From Promethearchaeota archaeon (GTDB lineage: Archaea > Asgardarchaeota > Lokiarchaeia > Sigyniarchaeales > SOKP01): a stretch of 64,000 bases of DNA. Shown here piece by piece: positions 30,967-41,700 of this stretch. Every line of letters begins with the position of its first letter. Position 1 is the stretch's first letter. Made by a program: the position numbers and the translations under genes. Under the pieces are notes generated by a model. The model worked only from the letters and a program-made list of their open reading frames with translations. It did not search any database and had not been told where the DNA came from. The stretch is from the NCBI GenBank assembly GCA_019894975.1, contig JAGXNO010000001.1, positions 32,001-96,000 on the forward strand, read 5' to 3'.

Positions 30967-31905
30967 TTATGAAATATCACGCTTTTTCAAATATAATGCC
31001 CCAACAACTAAGAAGATGACCGAAATCACAATTAGATAAATAAACGAAACTACAGGAGGATAGTAATTGGTTTTTTCAAAACTGCTAAAATCATCTGTTT
31101 TTGCAATTCCAAACATAACAAAAAAGAAGCCAAAATAATCTAAAATTTCAGGAACAAAAGATTCTCCGAACCATAAGAAAACCTGACCAAAATGATATCC
31201 AATGTCGACATTATAGAGTAAGTATTTTTCATACCAATTACTACCATAGAATAAGAGCGGTTTAAACATCATAATAACAAGAAATGAAAAAATTACTAAA
31301 GCCAGCGGGATAAGTAGGACGTTTCGTGGTCTTCTAAATATTGATGAAAAACCCATTGTAATTCCCCCAAAGAACAATGTAATAACTAAGGAATATAGAA
31401 AAAATATCCCAAAATATGCACCAATGTCATCAAATGGATTTTTTATTACAGCGAACACAGAAATAATAGATAAACTCAGAAAACTTACTACTATCCCAAA
31501 TATATAAAGAGCGATAAATTTGCTTAGTACTATTCTTGTTCGATTAATTGGTTTACTTACTAAAAATAGCAACGTTCCCGTTCTTAATTCTTCAGAAATT
31601 AAAGGTCCTGTAGCACCTATAATAATAATTGGAAACATTATAGAAAAAGTGTAATACCACGTAGTAATTCCTAATAATTGTAGTAAATGGTCATCTCCTG
31701 AAAGATTATCAGGTGGTGTAAAAGCTAAAATTAATGCAGGAACTAATACAAGGAAAAAAACAGACATAATTATTCTTTTTATAGTGCATAAATCAAATAT
31801 TAGTGTCTTTTTGATTAATACTAGAGATGGTGATGAGCTTATTCCTGGAAATGGTTTTAATTCCCTATTTTTTTGTTTTTCCATACTAGGTTCGGTAGCA
31901 TTCAT
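30967..31905 (-). CDS. ABC-2 type permease
   Basis: EELRTGTL..LVSKPINR..IVLSKF. Confidence 0.9.
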   Translation of the reverse strand: MNATEPSMEKQKNRELKPFPGISSSPSLVLIKKTLIFDLCTIKRIIMSVFFLVLVPALILAFTPPDNLSGDDHLLQLLGITTWYYTFSIMFPIIIIGATGPLISEELRTGTLLFLVSKPINRTRIVLSKFIALYIFGIVVSFLSLSIISVFAVIKNPFDDIGAYFGIFFLYSLVITLFFGGITMGFSSIFRRPRNVLLIPLALVIFSFLVIMMFKPLLFYGSNWYEKYLLYNVDIGYHFGQVFLWFGESFVPEILDYFGFFFVMFGIAKTDDFSSFEKTNYYPPVVSFIYLIVISVIFLVVGALYLKKRDIS

Positions 31906-32873
31906 TTATTATTCACATCCTCTTCCATTATTTCGATAAATATATCCTGTAATGAAGTTTCGGGCTGACGAAATTCTCGTAAAATTACGTTATTATCGAT
32001 AATCATTTTAGGAATAGCCTTCTGAAGCATTTCGATATCTTTTGGTAATATATGTATTTTTTTATCATTCTCGTCAATCCAGGTATTAGTAATAAAATCC
32101 TTTTCCTTTAATTGTTGAATTACTTTTTCATTTGAACTTGTGTCTAAAATAATGATGATGCGATCTTCTTTGATAGAATGCATCTTTTTAATATTCTTAA
32201 TAGTGTCTGCTAAAACTATTTTTCCTTTGTTAATCATCGTGACGTTTACGCACATTTGTTCTATTTCAGATAATATGTGACTTGAAACAAAAACACTCAC
32301 TTCTTTTGATAATGTTTTAATATCTCCTATAATCTTTTTACGTCCTATAGGATCTAAATTCGATGTTGGTTCATCCAATATTAATATTTCGGGTTCATGT
32401 ATAAGAGCTGCTGCAATACCGATTCGTTGTTTCATTCCTTCTGAATATTTTTCAATTCTTCTTTCTCGAGCTCCTAATAATTCTAATTTCTCTAGTAATT
32501 CAAGAGTTTTTTTCTTAGCTTCACTTCTTCTCAATCCACTTAGTTCTCCTACATAATTTAAATATTGTTCTCCACTCATATTATCATAAAAAGCGGGATC
32601 CTGAGGTAAAAATCCTATTATTCGGCGAGCTCTTAAAGAACCAGCATCTTGGCCTTTAATACTTGCTTTACCATTTGTAATTGAGATTGCTCCTATTAAC
32701 ATATTGATTGTTGAAGTTTTCCCTGCACCGTTTGGACCTAAAAAACCATGAACTCCTGGTTCCATTGATATATCAATTTTGTTAACAGCTTTTACACTGG
32801 TTTCTCCTTTTCCATAAATTTTAGTTAGTTGTTGGGTCCATATTTCTGGTGTTGAAGAGTTTTCTTTAAGCAT
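31902..32873 (-). CDS. ABC transporter ATP-binding protein
   Basis: GPNGAGKT, variant signature YSEGMKQR, LDEPT, SSH. Confidence 0.95.
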   Translation of the reverse strand: MLKENSSTPEIWTQQLTKIYGKGETSVKAVNKIDISMEPGVHGFLGPNGAGKTSTINMLIGAISITNGKASIKGQDAGSLRARRIIGFLPQDPAFYDNMSGEQYLNYVGELSGLRRSEAKKKTLELLEKLELLGARERRIEKYSEGMKQRIGIAAALIHEPEILILDEPTSNLDPIGRKKIIGDIKTLSKEVSVFVSSHILSEIEQMCVNVTMINKGKIVLADTIKNIKKMHSIKEDRIIIILDTSSNEKVIQQLKEKDFITNTWIDENDKKIHILPKDIEMLQKAIPKMIIDNNVILREFRQPETSLQDIFIEIMEEDVNNK

Positions 32874-33044
32874 TTTTCTACACCTAAATTTTAGAATCAA
32901 ATTTTTTAATTGGATGATTCGTAAGGTTTTTTATCACGCATTATATTAAATGCTTTCTAATTTGTCACTCACTTAAGCTAGATAATATTTTGAATTATAA
33001 GAAGAGCGAATTTTAAATACTCTTAGAGTTATAGTTAAAGAAAC

Positions 33045-33743
33045 CTAGAAGTCAAAAAGGTAGGCATTTCCTCTTTTTCCTACGACATTAAGCATTCCCA
33101 TCTTTCTAAGGCAATAACTTATTTTTCCAGCTAATCTTACAGGTTTTTTGAGTGATTGTGCCAATTCCAAGTTAGTGAAGGGTGTTTCTAAACTCTTAGG
33201 TATAAAACATAAGAAGTCATCAGGATTCTTAAATTGTTTCCTTTCTAATATTCTTACTAATTTCTTATCATTAATACCCCAACCTTTTCTTCTCCAGCTT
33301 ACTTGGCTATTTTTTTCACGGATTTCTTCAATTTGAACTAAAAGTAGTTCTATAGAAAAATTTGGGTGAGTAATCATAGTAGGGATTCTTATTAATTCCT
33401 CGAATATATCTATATAAGAGCAATGTTTCGGTGATAGTCTTCTTCGAATAACCTTATTCAATTGAGAATCCAAACTACCTATCCACTTATCCCTAACAAT
33501 GGGATGAACTAGATGAATTCTGTAGTTTTGAAGGAGATTTTCAAGCTTTTTTCTAATATTTGCAAAATTACTTGTTTGTATTTCAATTAGAAGATCATCT
33601 CTAACAATATCAATTACATAATTTTCAACCTGTTTTTCAAGCTGATCATGAGATTCACTTAAAAACCATTTTAAATCAGCATGAAGAGTTGTTTCGTTTA
33701 GGGTTCCTATAAAGTTGGATTGAATATTTTTAGTGCCAGTCAT
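33045..33743 (-). CDS. Conserved protein, probable PD-(D/E)xK-like nuclease fold
   Basis: GTLNETTLHADLK, YVIDIVRDDLLIEIQT. Confidence 0.6.
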   Translation of the reverse strand: MTGTKNIQSNFIGTLNETTLHADLKWFLSESHDQLEKQVENYVIDIVRDDLLIEIQTSNFANIRKKLENLLQNYRIHLVHPIVRDKWIGSLDSQLNKVIRRRLSPKHCSYIDIFEELIRIPTMITHPNFSIELLLVQIEEIREKNSQVSWRRKGWGINDKKLVRILERKQFKNPDDFLCFIPKSLETPFTNLELAQSLKKPVRLAGKISYCLRKMGMLNVVGKRGNAYLFDF

Positions 33744-33863
33744 GTACTTATTATTTCATTTGAAAAAATTAAGTAAAAGACTTACAATTTGTATTAAAAA
33801 AGACAATATTATCTAGAGATTATTGATTTATCCTCAAGATGAGAGTGAATTATATTCAGGATA

Positions 33864-34679
33864 TTATAAACCAATCAATTCTTTTAATTTGTTAAACTCA
33901 TCTTCTTGAGCCCTTTCCATATCATTTTGCTCAATATCAAATTCTTGATCCCATTTCATCTTTTTTAATTTTTCATCAACTGATAAACCTAGTTCAGTTA
34001 TATAATAACTTTTAGCAGGTGAAAATTCTCTTAGAAATCCCTTTTTTTTAAACTCGGTAAATAGTTGCCATCCTTTCCCCTGAGTGCATTTATTTAGATA
34101 ATTAAGTATTTTTTTATGAATAATCCCATCATTATCTTCAGTTCTTTTGTTAAAAATCATTTCTTTATCATTCCGAATGAACATTAAAAAATCATGAAGA
34201 GGATCATTTTGTTTTTTCTCTTGTAATTCCCCAACAATATTATTGTAGTCTTCTTTTTCAATTTCCATAGAATCCAGGTGTCCTATAGATTTTTTGGCAA
34301 ATTCAAGGCAAGTATGTAGTTTTTCTTCATAATCTTCGCAGCCTTCTTCAGGGGTTAAATTTTCCGTCAGTTCAATAAGTTCATTTTTCTTTCTTTTCCT
34401 TCTCCAAATCTCAACTTTTAGAAAATCAATCTTCTCTTGATGTTTTTCATAAAAATAATTCTCCAATTTATCAAGATAAAAAATATAAGTTTTTACAGCT
34501 TCTTTATCGATTATTAATCCTTTGTCTAATAAAGGTCGAATTTCAGCATATTTTCTATTAATATCTCCTAAAAATACTGAAATTTTCTCAGAAGATCTCT
34601 TAAAATAACTAATTAAATCAATATTTTTTACATCATCGTTAAAGATCATCTCTATACTTGATTCAAGAGATTCTTCCAT
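33864..34679 (-). CDS. Hypothetical protein
   Basis: 271-aa ORF, no recognised motif. Confidence 0.65.
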   Translation of the reverse strand: MEESLESSIEMIFNDDVKNIDLISYFKRSSEKISVFLGDINRKYAEIRPLLDKGLIIDKEAVKTYIFYLDKLENYFYEKHQEKIDFLKVEIWRRKRKKNELIELTENLTPEEGCEDYEEKLHTCLEFAKKSIGHLDSMEIEKEDYNNIVGELQEKKQNDPLHDFLMFIRNDKEMIFNKRTEDNDGIIHKKILNYLNKCTQGKGWQLFTEFKKKGFLREFSPAKSYYITELGLSVDEKLKKMKWDQEFDIEQNDMERAQEDEFNKLKELIGL

Positions 34680-34842
34680 GATCGATCGTATAGTATCACC
34701 GCAATTTAAAAATATTTTTTAGTTTGATAGTTTTTGCGCTAAAAAAGATCCTAAATATACGGGAAATATTTTTTTAACATTTTTAAGCAATAGAGAATAA
34801 GAAAAACTAAATAACAATTAATTAATAGAATTTGGTGATTTA

Positions 34843-35328
34843 TTGAACGAACAATTCATAAAAGATTTATCTAGTGGGATAAATGGATTTTTAACTCACC
34901 TAGAACCAATGAAAGCAGTTGAAGGATTAACCCCAAGTACTGCAAGAAAGAAACCTTCCGATAAATATCATTCTTGTTGGGATTTATTGCATCATACTGT
35001 TTATTGGCAGGATATTTTACTAAAGAATCTTGACGGGAAATTCATTGATTGGATGACACTTGGTAATGAAGACAACTGGCCGTCTAATGAAAAATTAAGT
35101 AAGGATGAGTACTTCCTAGAACTTGTTAAAAAGTTTAAAAAAAATCTTGAAATAACTGCTAATAAGCTTGAGAATATTGATTTGATGGAAAAAATCAAGA
35201 TTGGTCCAGAACATACTCCAGACGTCACAAATTTTAGGTTAATTCTTGTTTTTCTTCAGCACACTTCTTATCATCTAGGACAAATAGTTACTACTAGAAA
35301 ACTGTTAGGAGATTGGAAAGAAGAATAA
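34843..35328 (+). CDS. DinB-family protein
   Basis: HSCWDLLHH, QHTSYHLGQI. Confidence 0.88.
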   Translation: MNEQFIKDLSSGINGFLTHLEPMKAVEGLTPSTARKKPSDKYHSCWDLLHHTVYWQDILLKNLDGKFIDWMTLGNEDNWPSNEKLSKDEYFLELVKKFKKNLEITANKLENIDLMEKIKIGPEHTPDVTNFRLILVFLQHTSYHLGQIVTTRKLLGDWKEE

Positions 35329-35467
35329 TTATTGCGCTATTTAAGTATCTTTATACTTTTTTTTTGTTTCAATAATTAAGTATTTCAGGTTCTAAGTTAT
35401 ATATAGTAAATAAAAAAAAAGAATGAAAAACGAATTTAAAACTTAAAATTTGGAAATGTTATTCACC

Positions 35468-35893
35468 TTAATCGTATCTCTTATACGTGAAAAGTAACCA
35501 GAAAAAGCCTACGACACCAACTATAGTGGCAACAATTATTAAATAATTAGGCCAATATGCACCATCAAAAGATCCACCACCCCAAGAAATCATTGTCATA
35601 ATGCCTGACGCGGCCATTATGCTTAGTACAACTAACCCCATTCCCATGGCGTATTCTTCTTCTTTAAACATTCCAATACCAGAGATTAAACACCAGATTC
35701 CTAATAGTATTGAAATCGTACCTTGTCCGCCGAAAATAGAAAGTACTGCATCATCAACAGCCCATTCTGGGGTATAGATGTCCGCCCAAGCTAAAAATTC
35801 CATGACTGCTTTAAAGATAAAAAGGAGTCCAATGATAATCATTAAGAAATTTAATAACTCATTTGAGTCTTTCTTTTTTTTAGTTTCGCTCAT
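35468..35893 (-). CDS. Four-TM membrane protein
   Basis: Four hydrophobic helices. Confidence 0.7.
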   Translation of the reverse strand: MSETKKKKDSNELLNFLMIIIGLLFIFKAVMEFLAWADIYTPEWAVDDAVLSIFGGQGTISILLGIWCLISGIGMFKEEEYAMGMGLVVLSIMAASGIMTMISWGGGSFDGAYWPNYLIIVATIVGVVGFFWLLFTYKRYD

Positions 35894-36048
35894 ATTAGAA
35901 TCAACCCTTTAAGTTCAAAAATATAATTGAGAGTTATTGATGTAATTATCATCCCATTATTTAAACTTATTCCACTTATTTTCTAAAAGCCTATTCTATA
36001 GGTCTTGCTATAAAATAATCTGATTCATTTTGGAATTTGAGATGTAAC

Positions 36049-37491
36049 CTAACCTAAATCAACTGCTTTATATGTCATCATAGATTCATTGCCACGTTCT
36101 ATATAGAAAAATTCGGCTTTTTCAGGTTTAAATTTTTCTTTTAAATATCGAATGACTTGTATCCCTTTCGAAAATTTATCACATATAAAGATATCTAGGC
36201 TGATATAACCGTGCTCTGGCCAAGTATGAATTGCGGCATGGCTAGTCTGTAATGTTGCAATAGCACTATATCCATATGGTTGATAATTATGATGATAAAT
36301 GTCGAGTACTGTTAAATTTGCTAATTGCAGTGAATTTATAAATATTTTTTGAATTAACTCATTGTCTAAAAGTGATTTCTGCTTTGAAAAGTGTAACTCT
36401 CCAATAAAATGAAACCCAACAGGGAGGAACGGAGGTTTGGATCCTCTTTTTATTTCTGAGGTGTAAATTGGACCAGAAGCGAAGCTAAGTTTATATTTAC
36501 TCTCGGGTTCTGCTACAGTTTGTAAGTAGTAAAGATGAGAAAATTGTCCTATAATGCTGGCTCCTTTATAATGATTGAAATCAGGGATCATTTCGGTTAT
36601 TATAAATCCATGGTCTAATATTGACAATTGCAATTTTTGCATTTCATTCGGGGGTTTGTTTCCAAAACTGAGAACACATCTTTTACCAACTAAGAGATAA
36701 TTTGTATCATTTATAGTAATATTTGATTTCAATACTTGTTTTGCTCTTTTTAGGAATAATCTTAAACCTTCATTTGTATAAGGAGGATCCATTACAGCTA
36801 CATCATATTTATTAACAATACTTTTAGGGATACTTTCTCTTAAATCGTGATGCAGAACATTAAAATTTTTTAAAGAGAGTTTGCTTGCGGAATTTGAGAG
36901 AAAATCTAAAATTCTATCGTCTATATCCACGACTGTAATTTCATTTGCTAACTTTGTCAATCCAACAGATAATGAAATGAAATCATCATCACCTAAGAAG
37001 ATAAGTCGTCTTCCTTCAATATCTCCTTTTTTTAGTAAGTACAATGTCTTTTTTAAAACTGTTGGGAAATCTGCATGAGATTGGTCGAGAGCGAACTCTG
37101 GAGATGGTCGATTTTCAAGATAGCTCTTTATTTCATTTAAATAAGAAAATTCATCAGGTAATTCTCGTAGTATACTGTCAAAGTTTTCAGGAAGAGGATC
37201 ATATTCAAAATTCAAATTAAGGTTTCTCTTTACCCAATTCCTTCCTTTATCTCCAAGAAAATTCCTTTTTTCAATAATACCGGCTTTCACCAACTCACTT
37301 CGCACTGCGGTAAGTGTAGGGATCGCTATACCTGTTTTTTGCGATACTTTCTTGTTTTTAAGAGAAGGAAATCGATACATCGTTAGGAGTATTGATCGAA
37401 CACCCTCAATACCTTCGCTTAATTGTGCTCTCTCAGCGACTAATGTAAGTATTTTCTCTATTTCTTTATTCATTGTATAATAATTATACAT
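36049..37491 (-). CDS. BpsA-like branched-chain polyamine synthase fused to a C-terminal S-adenosylmethionine decarboxylase domain
   Basis: RP...LDQ, FLGDDD, DIDDRI, HDLR, DPPYT; then YQPYGYSAIATLQTSHAAIHTWPEHGYISLDIFIC. Confidence 0.85.
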   Translation of the reverse strand: MYNYYTMNKEIEKILTLVAERAQLSEGIEGVRSILLTMYRFPSLKNKKVSQKTGIAIPTLTAVRSELVKAGIIEKRNFLGDKGRNWVKRNLNLNFEYDPLPENFDSILRELPDEFSYLNEIKSYLENRPSPEFALDQSHADFPTVLKKTLYLLKKGDIEGRRLIFLGDDDFISLSVGLTKLANEITVVDIDDRILDFLSNSASKLSLKNFNVLHHDLRESIPKSIVNKYDVAVMDPPYTNEGLRLFLKRAKQVLKSNITINDTNYLLVGKRCVLSFGNKPPNEMQKLQLSILDHGFIITEMIPDFNHYKGASIIGQFSHLYYLQTVAEPESKYKLSFASGPIYTSEIKRGSKPPFLPVGFHFIGELHFSKQKSLLDNELIQKIFINSLQLANLTVLDIYHHNYQPYGYSAIATLQTSHAAIHTWPEHGYISLDIFICDKFSKGIQVIRYLKEKFKPEKAEFFYIERGNESMMTYKAVDLG

Positions 37492-37613
37492 TTTACAATA
37501 ATAATATTATACTATTATCATTATGTTAGATCTTTACTTTAAGTAATCCTTTCTAAGGAAGAAAACTTATTTAGTAAATTGTCAAAAATGAAGATATAAT
37601 TGGTGATTAAGTA

Positions 37614-38042
37614 ATGGATAACAATTTAGCCCCACCTTGTGGTATGTACTGTGGAACGTGTAGAGCATACTTATTATTAAAAAAAGATTTATTTAAGAAG
37701 AAGGGGTACAAAACTGGATGTAAGGGTTGTAGGATTCAAAATAAAAACTGTGCTCACCTTAAAAGAGATTGTCAGGCATTGAAAAAAAATGAATTTGAAT
37801 TTTGTTTCGAATGTCAAAAATTTCCTTGTCAAAGGTTAGAAAGACTTGATAATCGTTATAAAACGAAATATAATGTTAGTTTTATTAGTAATTTGAAAAG
37901 AAATAAAGAAATCGGAACCAATAATTGGCTCGAAGAACAAGTGGAACTTTATACATGCCCTGATTGTAAAGGTGAAATTTGTGTTCATGATGCAGAGTGT
38001 TATGATTGTGGTAAGAATATCAACCAAAATAAATCAAAATAA
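37614..38042 (+). CDS. DUF3795-like Cys-rich protein
   Basis: APPCGMYCGTC, CKGCR, FCFECQKFPC. Confidence 0.8.
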   Translation: MDNNLAPPCGMYCGTCRAYLLLKKDLFKKKGYKTGCKGCRIQNKNCAHLKRDCQALKKNEFEFCFECQKFPCQRLERLDNRYKTKYNVSFISNLKRNKEIGTNNWLEEQVELYTCPDCKGEICVHDAECYDCGKNINQNKSK

Positions 38043-38065
38043 AATAAAAGAAGAATAAAGAAGAA

Positions 38066-38737
38066 ATGTCAGAAGAAATTTTAAACGAATTAAATGCAGA
38101 AGGTCTTCGATCAGTGTTTCTCAAATATACAAGAGAAGCATTTGCAAATATCCCACAGATGAATAAACCTCGTATCCTCGATATTGGATGCGGTACGGGA
38201 ATGCCTACATTAGAGTTAGCGGCATTAAGTAATGGTGAAATAACAGGGATTGACATTGATCAGGGAGTTTTGGATAAATTAAACCTTAAAATTAAGCAAG
38301 AAGGTCTTTCAAGTAGGATCAATGTGTATAATCGTTCAATATACGACACACGATTTGAAGACGAGACTTTTGACATTTTATGGGAAGAAGGAGTCATACA
38401 TTTACTTGATCTCAAGAAGACATTAACAGAGTGTAATAGAGTGCTGAAAATGAATGGTTTCATGGTAACAGGTGAAGCAACTAACTGGGTAGATAGAAAG
38501 CTCAAACATTTTCCTAAATTTGGTTTTAATCTCATCAAGCAAATTTCTTGGGAAAAAGGATGTTGGTGGTCGCAATACTATGCCCCATTGGAGGAAAAAA
38601 TCAATATTTTACGTAAGAAGTATGATAATTTCGATGATGTTGAAGAAGTTAAGCGTCATTTAATGGAAATAGAGATGGTTAAAAAAGATCCCACGGGATT
38701 TGATTGTGTAACTTATATAATGCAAAAAATTAATTAG
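38066..38737 (+). CDS. Class I SAM-dependent methyltransferase
   Basis: LDIGCGTG, FDILWEEG. Confidence 0.92.
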   Translation: MSEEILNELNAEGLRSVFLKYTREAFANIPQMNKPRILDIGCGTGMPTLELAALSNGEITGIDIDQGVLDKLNLKIKQEGLSSRINVYNRSIYDTRFEDETFDILWEEGVIHLLDLKKTLTECNRVLKMNGFMVTGEATNWVDRKLKHFPKFGFNLIKQISWEKGCWWSQYYAPLEEKINILRKKYDNFDDVEEVKRHLMEIEMVKKDPTGFDCVTYIMQKIN

Positions 38738-38788
38738 AAAAAGAAATGAGTTAAAAATCCTAAATAAAATATAAGATTATTAAATTCG

Positions 38789-41700
38789 ATGGAAATAGAG
38801 ATTAAAGGAGCAAGAGAAAACAATTTAAAGAATATCGATGTTAAATTCAAAGACGGTTTAACTGTTGTTACTGGGATTTCTGGATCTGGGAAATCATCTC
38901 TTGTTTTCGATACATTATATCATGAGTCAAATCGTCGATTAATAGAGTTATTCGGTTATAGTCGCAAATGGTCAAGTCAAAGATCTTCTTATAAATTAGC
39001 TCCAGCTAAAGTTGGGTCAATAACCGGATTGGGTCCAGCAGTTGCAGTTGGACAAAACCTACTAAATAGAAATCCAAACTCTACTTTAGCTACAGCATCA
39101 GGATTACATCCTTTATTTAGGTTACTCTATGCAAGGTTTGGGGTAAGAACGTGTCATAAATGCGGTACCAATATAACTGTCCTAACTCAGGATGAAATAA
39201 TTAATTATCTTTTTAGTTTAGCTAGAGAAAAATCTGTTGTTATTTATTCTCAGCTCGTAAACAATTCTATTGGAAGCCACAAAACATTACTAAATTTTCT
39301 TTCAGAGCAATTTTCTACAGAAAATATATATATTGATGACAAAAAATGGGAAGGATTAGCTCTCAATCCAAGTAAACCACATAAAATCTTAATAAAACTC
39401 GCTCAAATCGATAAATCAACTGCAGATGAAAATGTACAAGAAATTGTCCAAAGAAGTCAGATATTAGGTTCAAATATACTTCAAATAGAGGTTGGTAAAA
39501 AAATCGAGAAAATTACAAGAGTAAAATCTTGTGTAGAATGTGGTACATGGTTAAAAGATATTGAACCCAAGCACTTTTATATGTCTTGTCCGTTCTGTAA
39601 AAGAAAGGGATGCAAAGAATGTAATTTTACGGGGTTACATCCTTTAGCTTCGTCTGTATATTTTTCAGGTCAGATTATCACCCAATTGTTAAAATATTCA
39701 GTAAAAGATGCACTAAAGCTTTTTAAAGACACTAGACTATCGATTCCTACAAATCGATTGATAACTGAAATAACAAAAAGGTTAGTCGCATTAAAAGATG
39801 TAGGCCTTGATTACTTAACACTGAACCGTTCATCTCCTACATTATCGCGAGGTGAATCACAACGAGTAAGAATCGCACTCACTTTGATTAACCAATTAGA
39901 AGATGTTTTGCACGTACTTGATGAACCAACAATCGGTCAACATGTTACAGATATTACTAAGTTTTTACCAATTTTCCACAAATTACCTGGACCCGTTATC
40001 TTTGTAGAGCATGATAGAATAGCAGCATCTGCGGCGAATAATGCAATTGATATAGGACCTGGCGCAGGAACGAGTGGGGGATCAATAATATTTAATGGTT
40101 CTCCTTCGGAATTATGGGAGTCAAATACACCTACAGGAGAATTCTTTAGTTTAAGAAAAAAAGTCATTGTACCAAAATTAAGGCCAAAACCAAATCTCTT
40201 TTTAAAAATTGAAGCTGCTGATAAGCATAATCTTAAGGAAATAACTGTGGAAATCCCTTTAAATCGATTAACAGTTATAACGGGTGTTTCAGGTTCAGGT
40301 AAGAGTACCTTAATCGAAGATGTCCTTCATGCTTCACTACATAAGAAAAAACCAATCGGTTGCGGAAAGATTAATGGACCATCTTTAAAGTCAGTAATGG
40401 TTGATCAGAGCCCTATTGGAAAAAATCCCCGCTCAAATCCAGCTACCTATACAAAAATATCAGAAATTATAAGAAAACTATTTTCAAAAGAAACAGGTCT
40501 TAGTGCTTCTCACTATTCATTCAATAGACCAGAAGGTGCTTGTCCTACTTGTAAGGGAATGGGTGCTCTGGAGATAAGGATGCGGTATATACCTTCATCT
40601 TGGATCTCTTGTCCAGACTGTAAACAAGCACGATTTAAGGAAAAAGTTCTAAAGAATAAAGTAGTTTTCGGTGATAAATCATATTCTATTTCTGAATTCT
40701 ATAATTTATCTGTATCTGAGATTGCTGATTTAATAGAAAATGAAAATCGTTTATCTTCTAACGATTTACAAAAGTTGAAAGAAATGTTAAAGACTCTTAA
40801 AGAGATCGGTTTAGGGTATTTATCCCTTGGACAACCAAGTCCATCTTTATCGGGAGGAGAGGCTCAACGTATTAAGTTATCAAAATACTTAGGAAAAACA
40901 TCTCTAATAAATCAGATAATTATATTAGATGAACCAAGCACAGGTCTTCATCCTCAAGATTTGAAGGGATTACTAGTAATCTTAGATCGATTAGTTAGAG
41001 CAAGAGCGACAGTTATCATTGTAGAACATAATTTGGATGTCATTAAAGCAGCAGACTGGGTTATTGATCTTGGTCCTGGAGCTGGTGATGAGGGGGGTAA
41101 TATAATTTACTCTGGTCCTATTGAAGGATTATTAAAATGTAAAGATTCAAAAACGGCCAAAGCTTTGAAACTCGATGAATTAATAACACCAAGTTCAAAA
41201 AGAGGGAAAAAAAAACTACTCGATAAAATCACAATCAAAAATGCCCACATTCACAATTTGAAGGGAATCGATGTTGAATTCCCAAAAAACGCAATTAATG
41301 TAGTTACTGGTGTTTCTGGAAGTGGTAAGTCTAGTTTAGTGAGTGATGTAATCGAAGCTGAAGCCAAACGTCGCTTTTTTGAAACCTTATCCATGTATGA
41401 GCGCCAAGGGATTCGTGGGGGTCCTGAAGTACTGGTAGATGAAATATCTGGTTTAGGAGTTACTTCTCATGTTATATCAACTAGAGCACTGCATTCACGT
41501 TTTTTCATGATAAGGAATACAATAGGAAAGGCTACAGAAATTTCCCTTCATATTGCAAATTTATTAGCGTATGTTGGAGAAATTAATTGTCCAAAATGTG
41601 GAGTTTTAATGATACATAAGACAAAGATGGTATGTGATAAATGTAATACCATCATTAAATTACCCAATCCTATTCATTTTGATCCCGCATCATATCAAGC

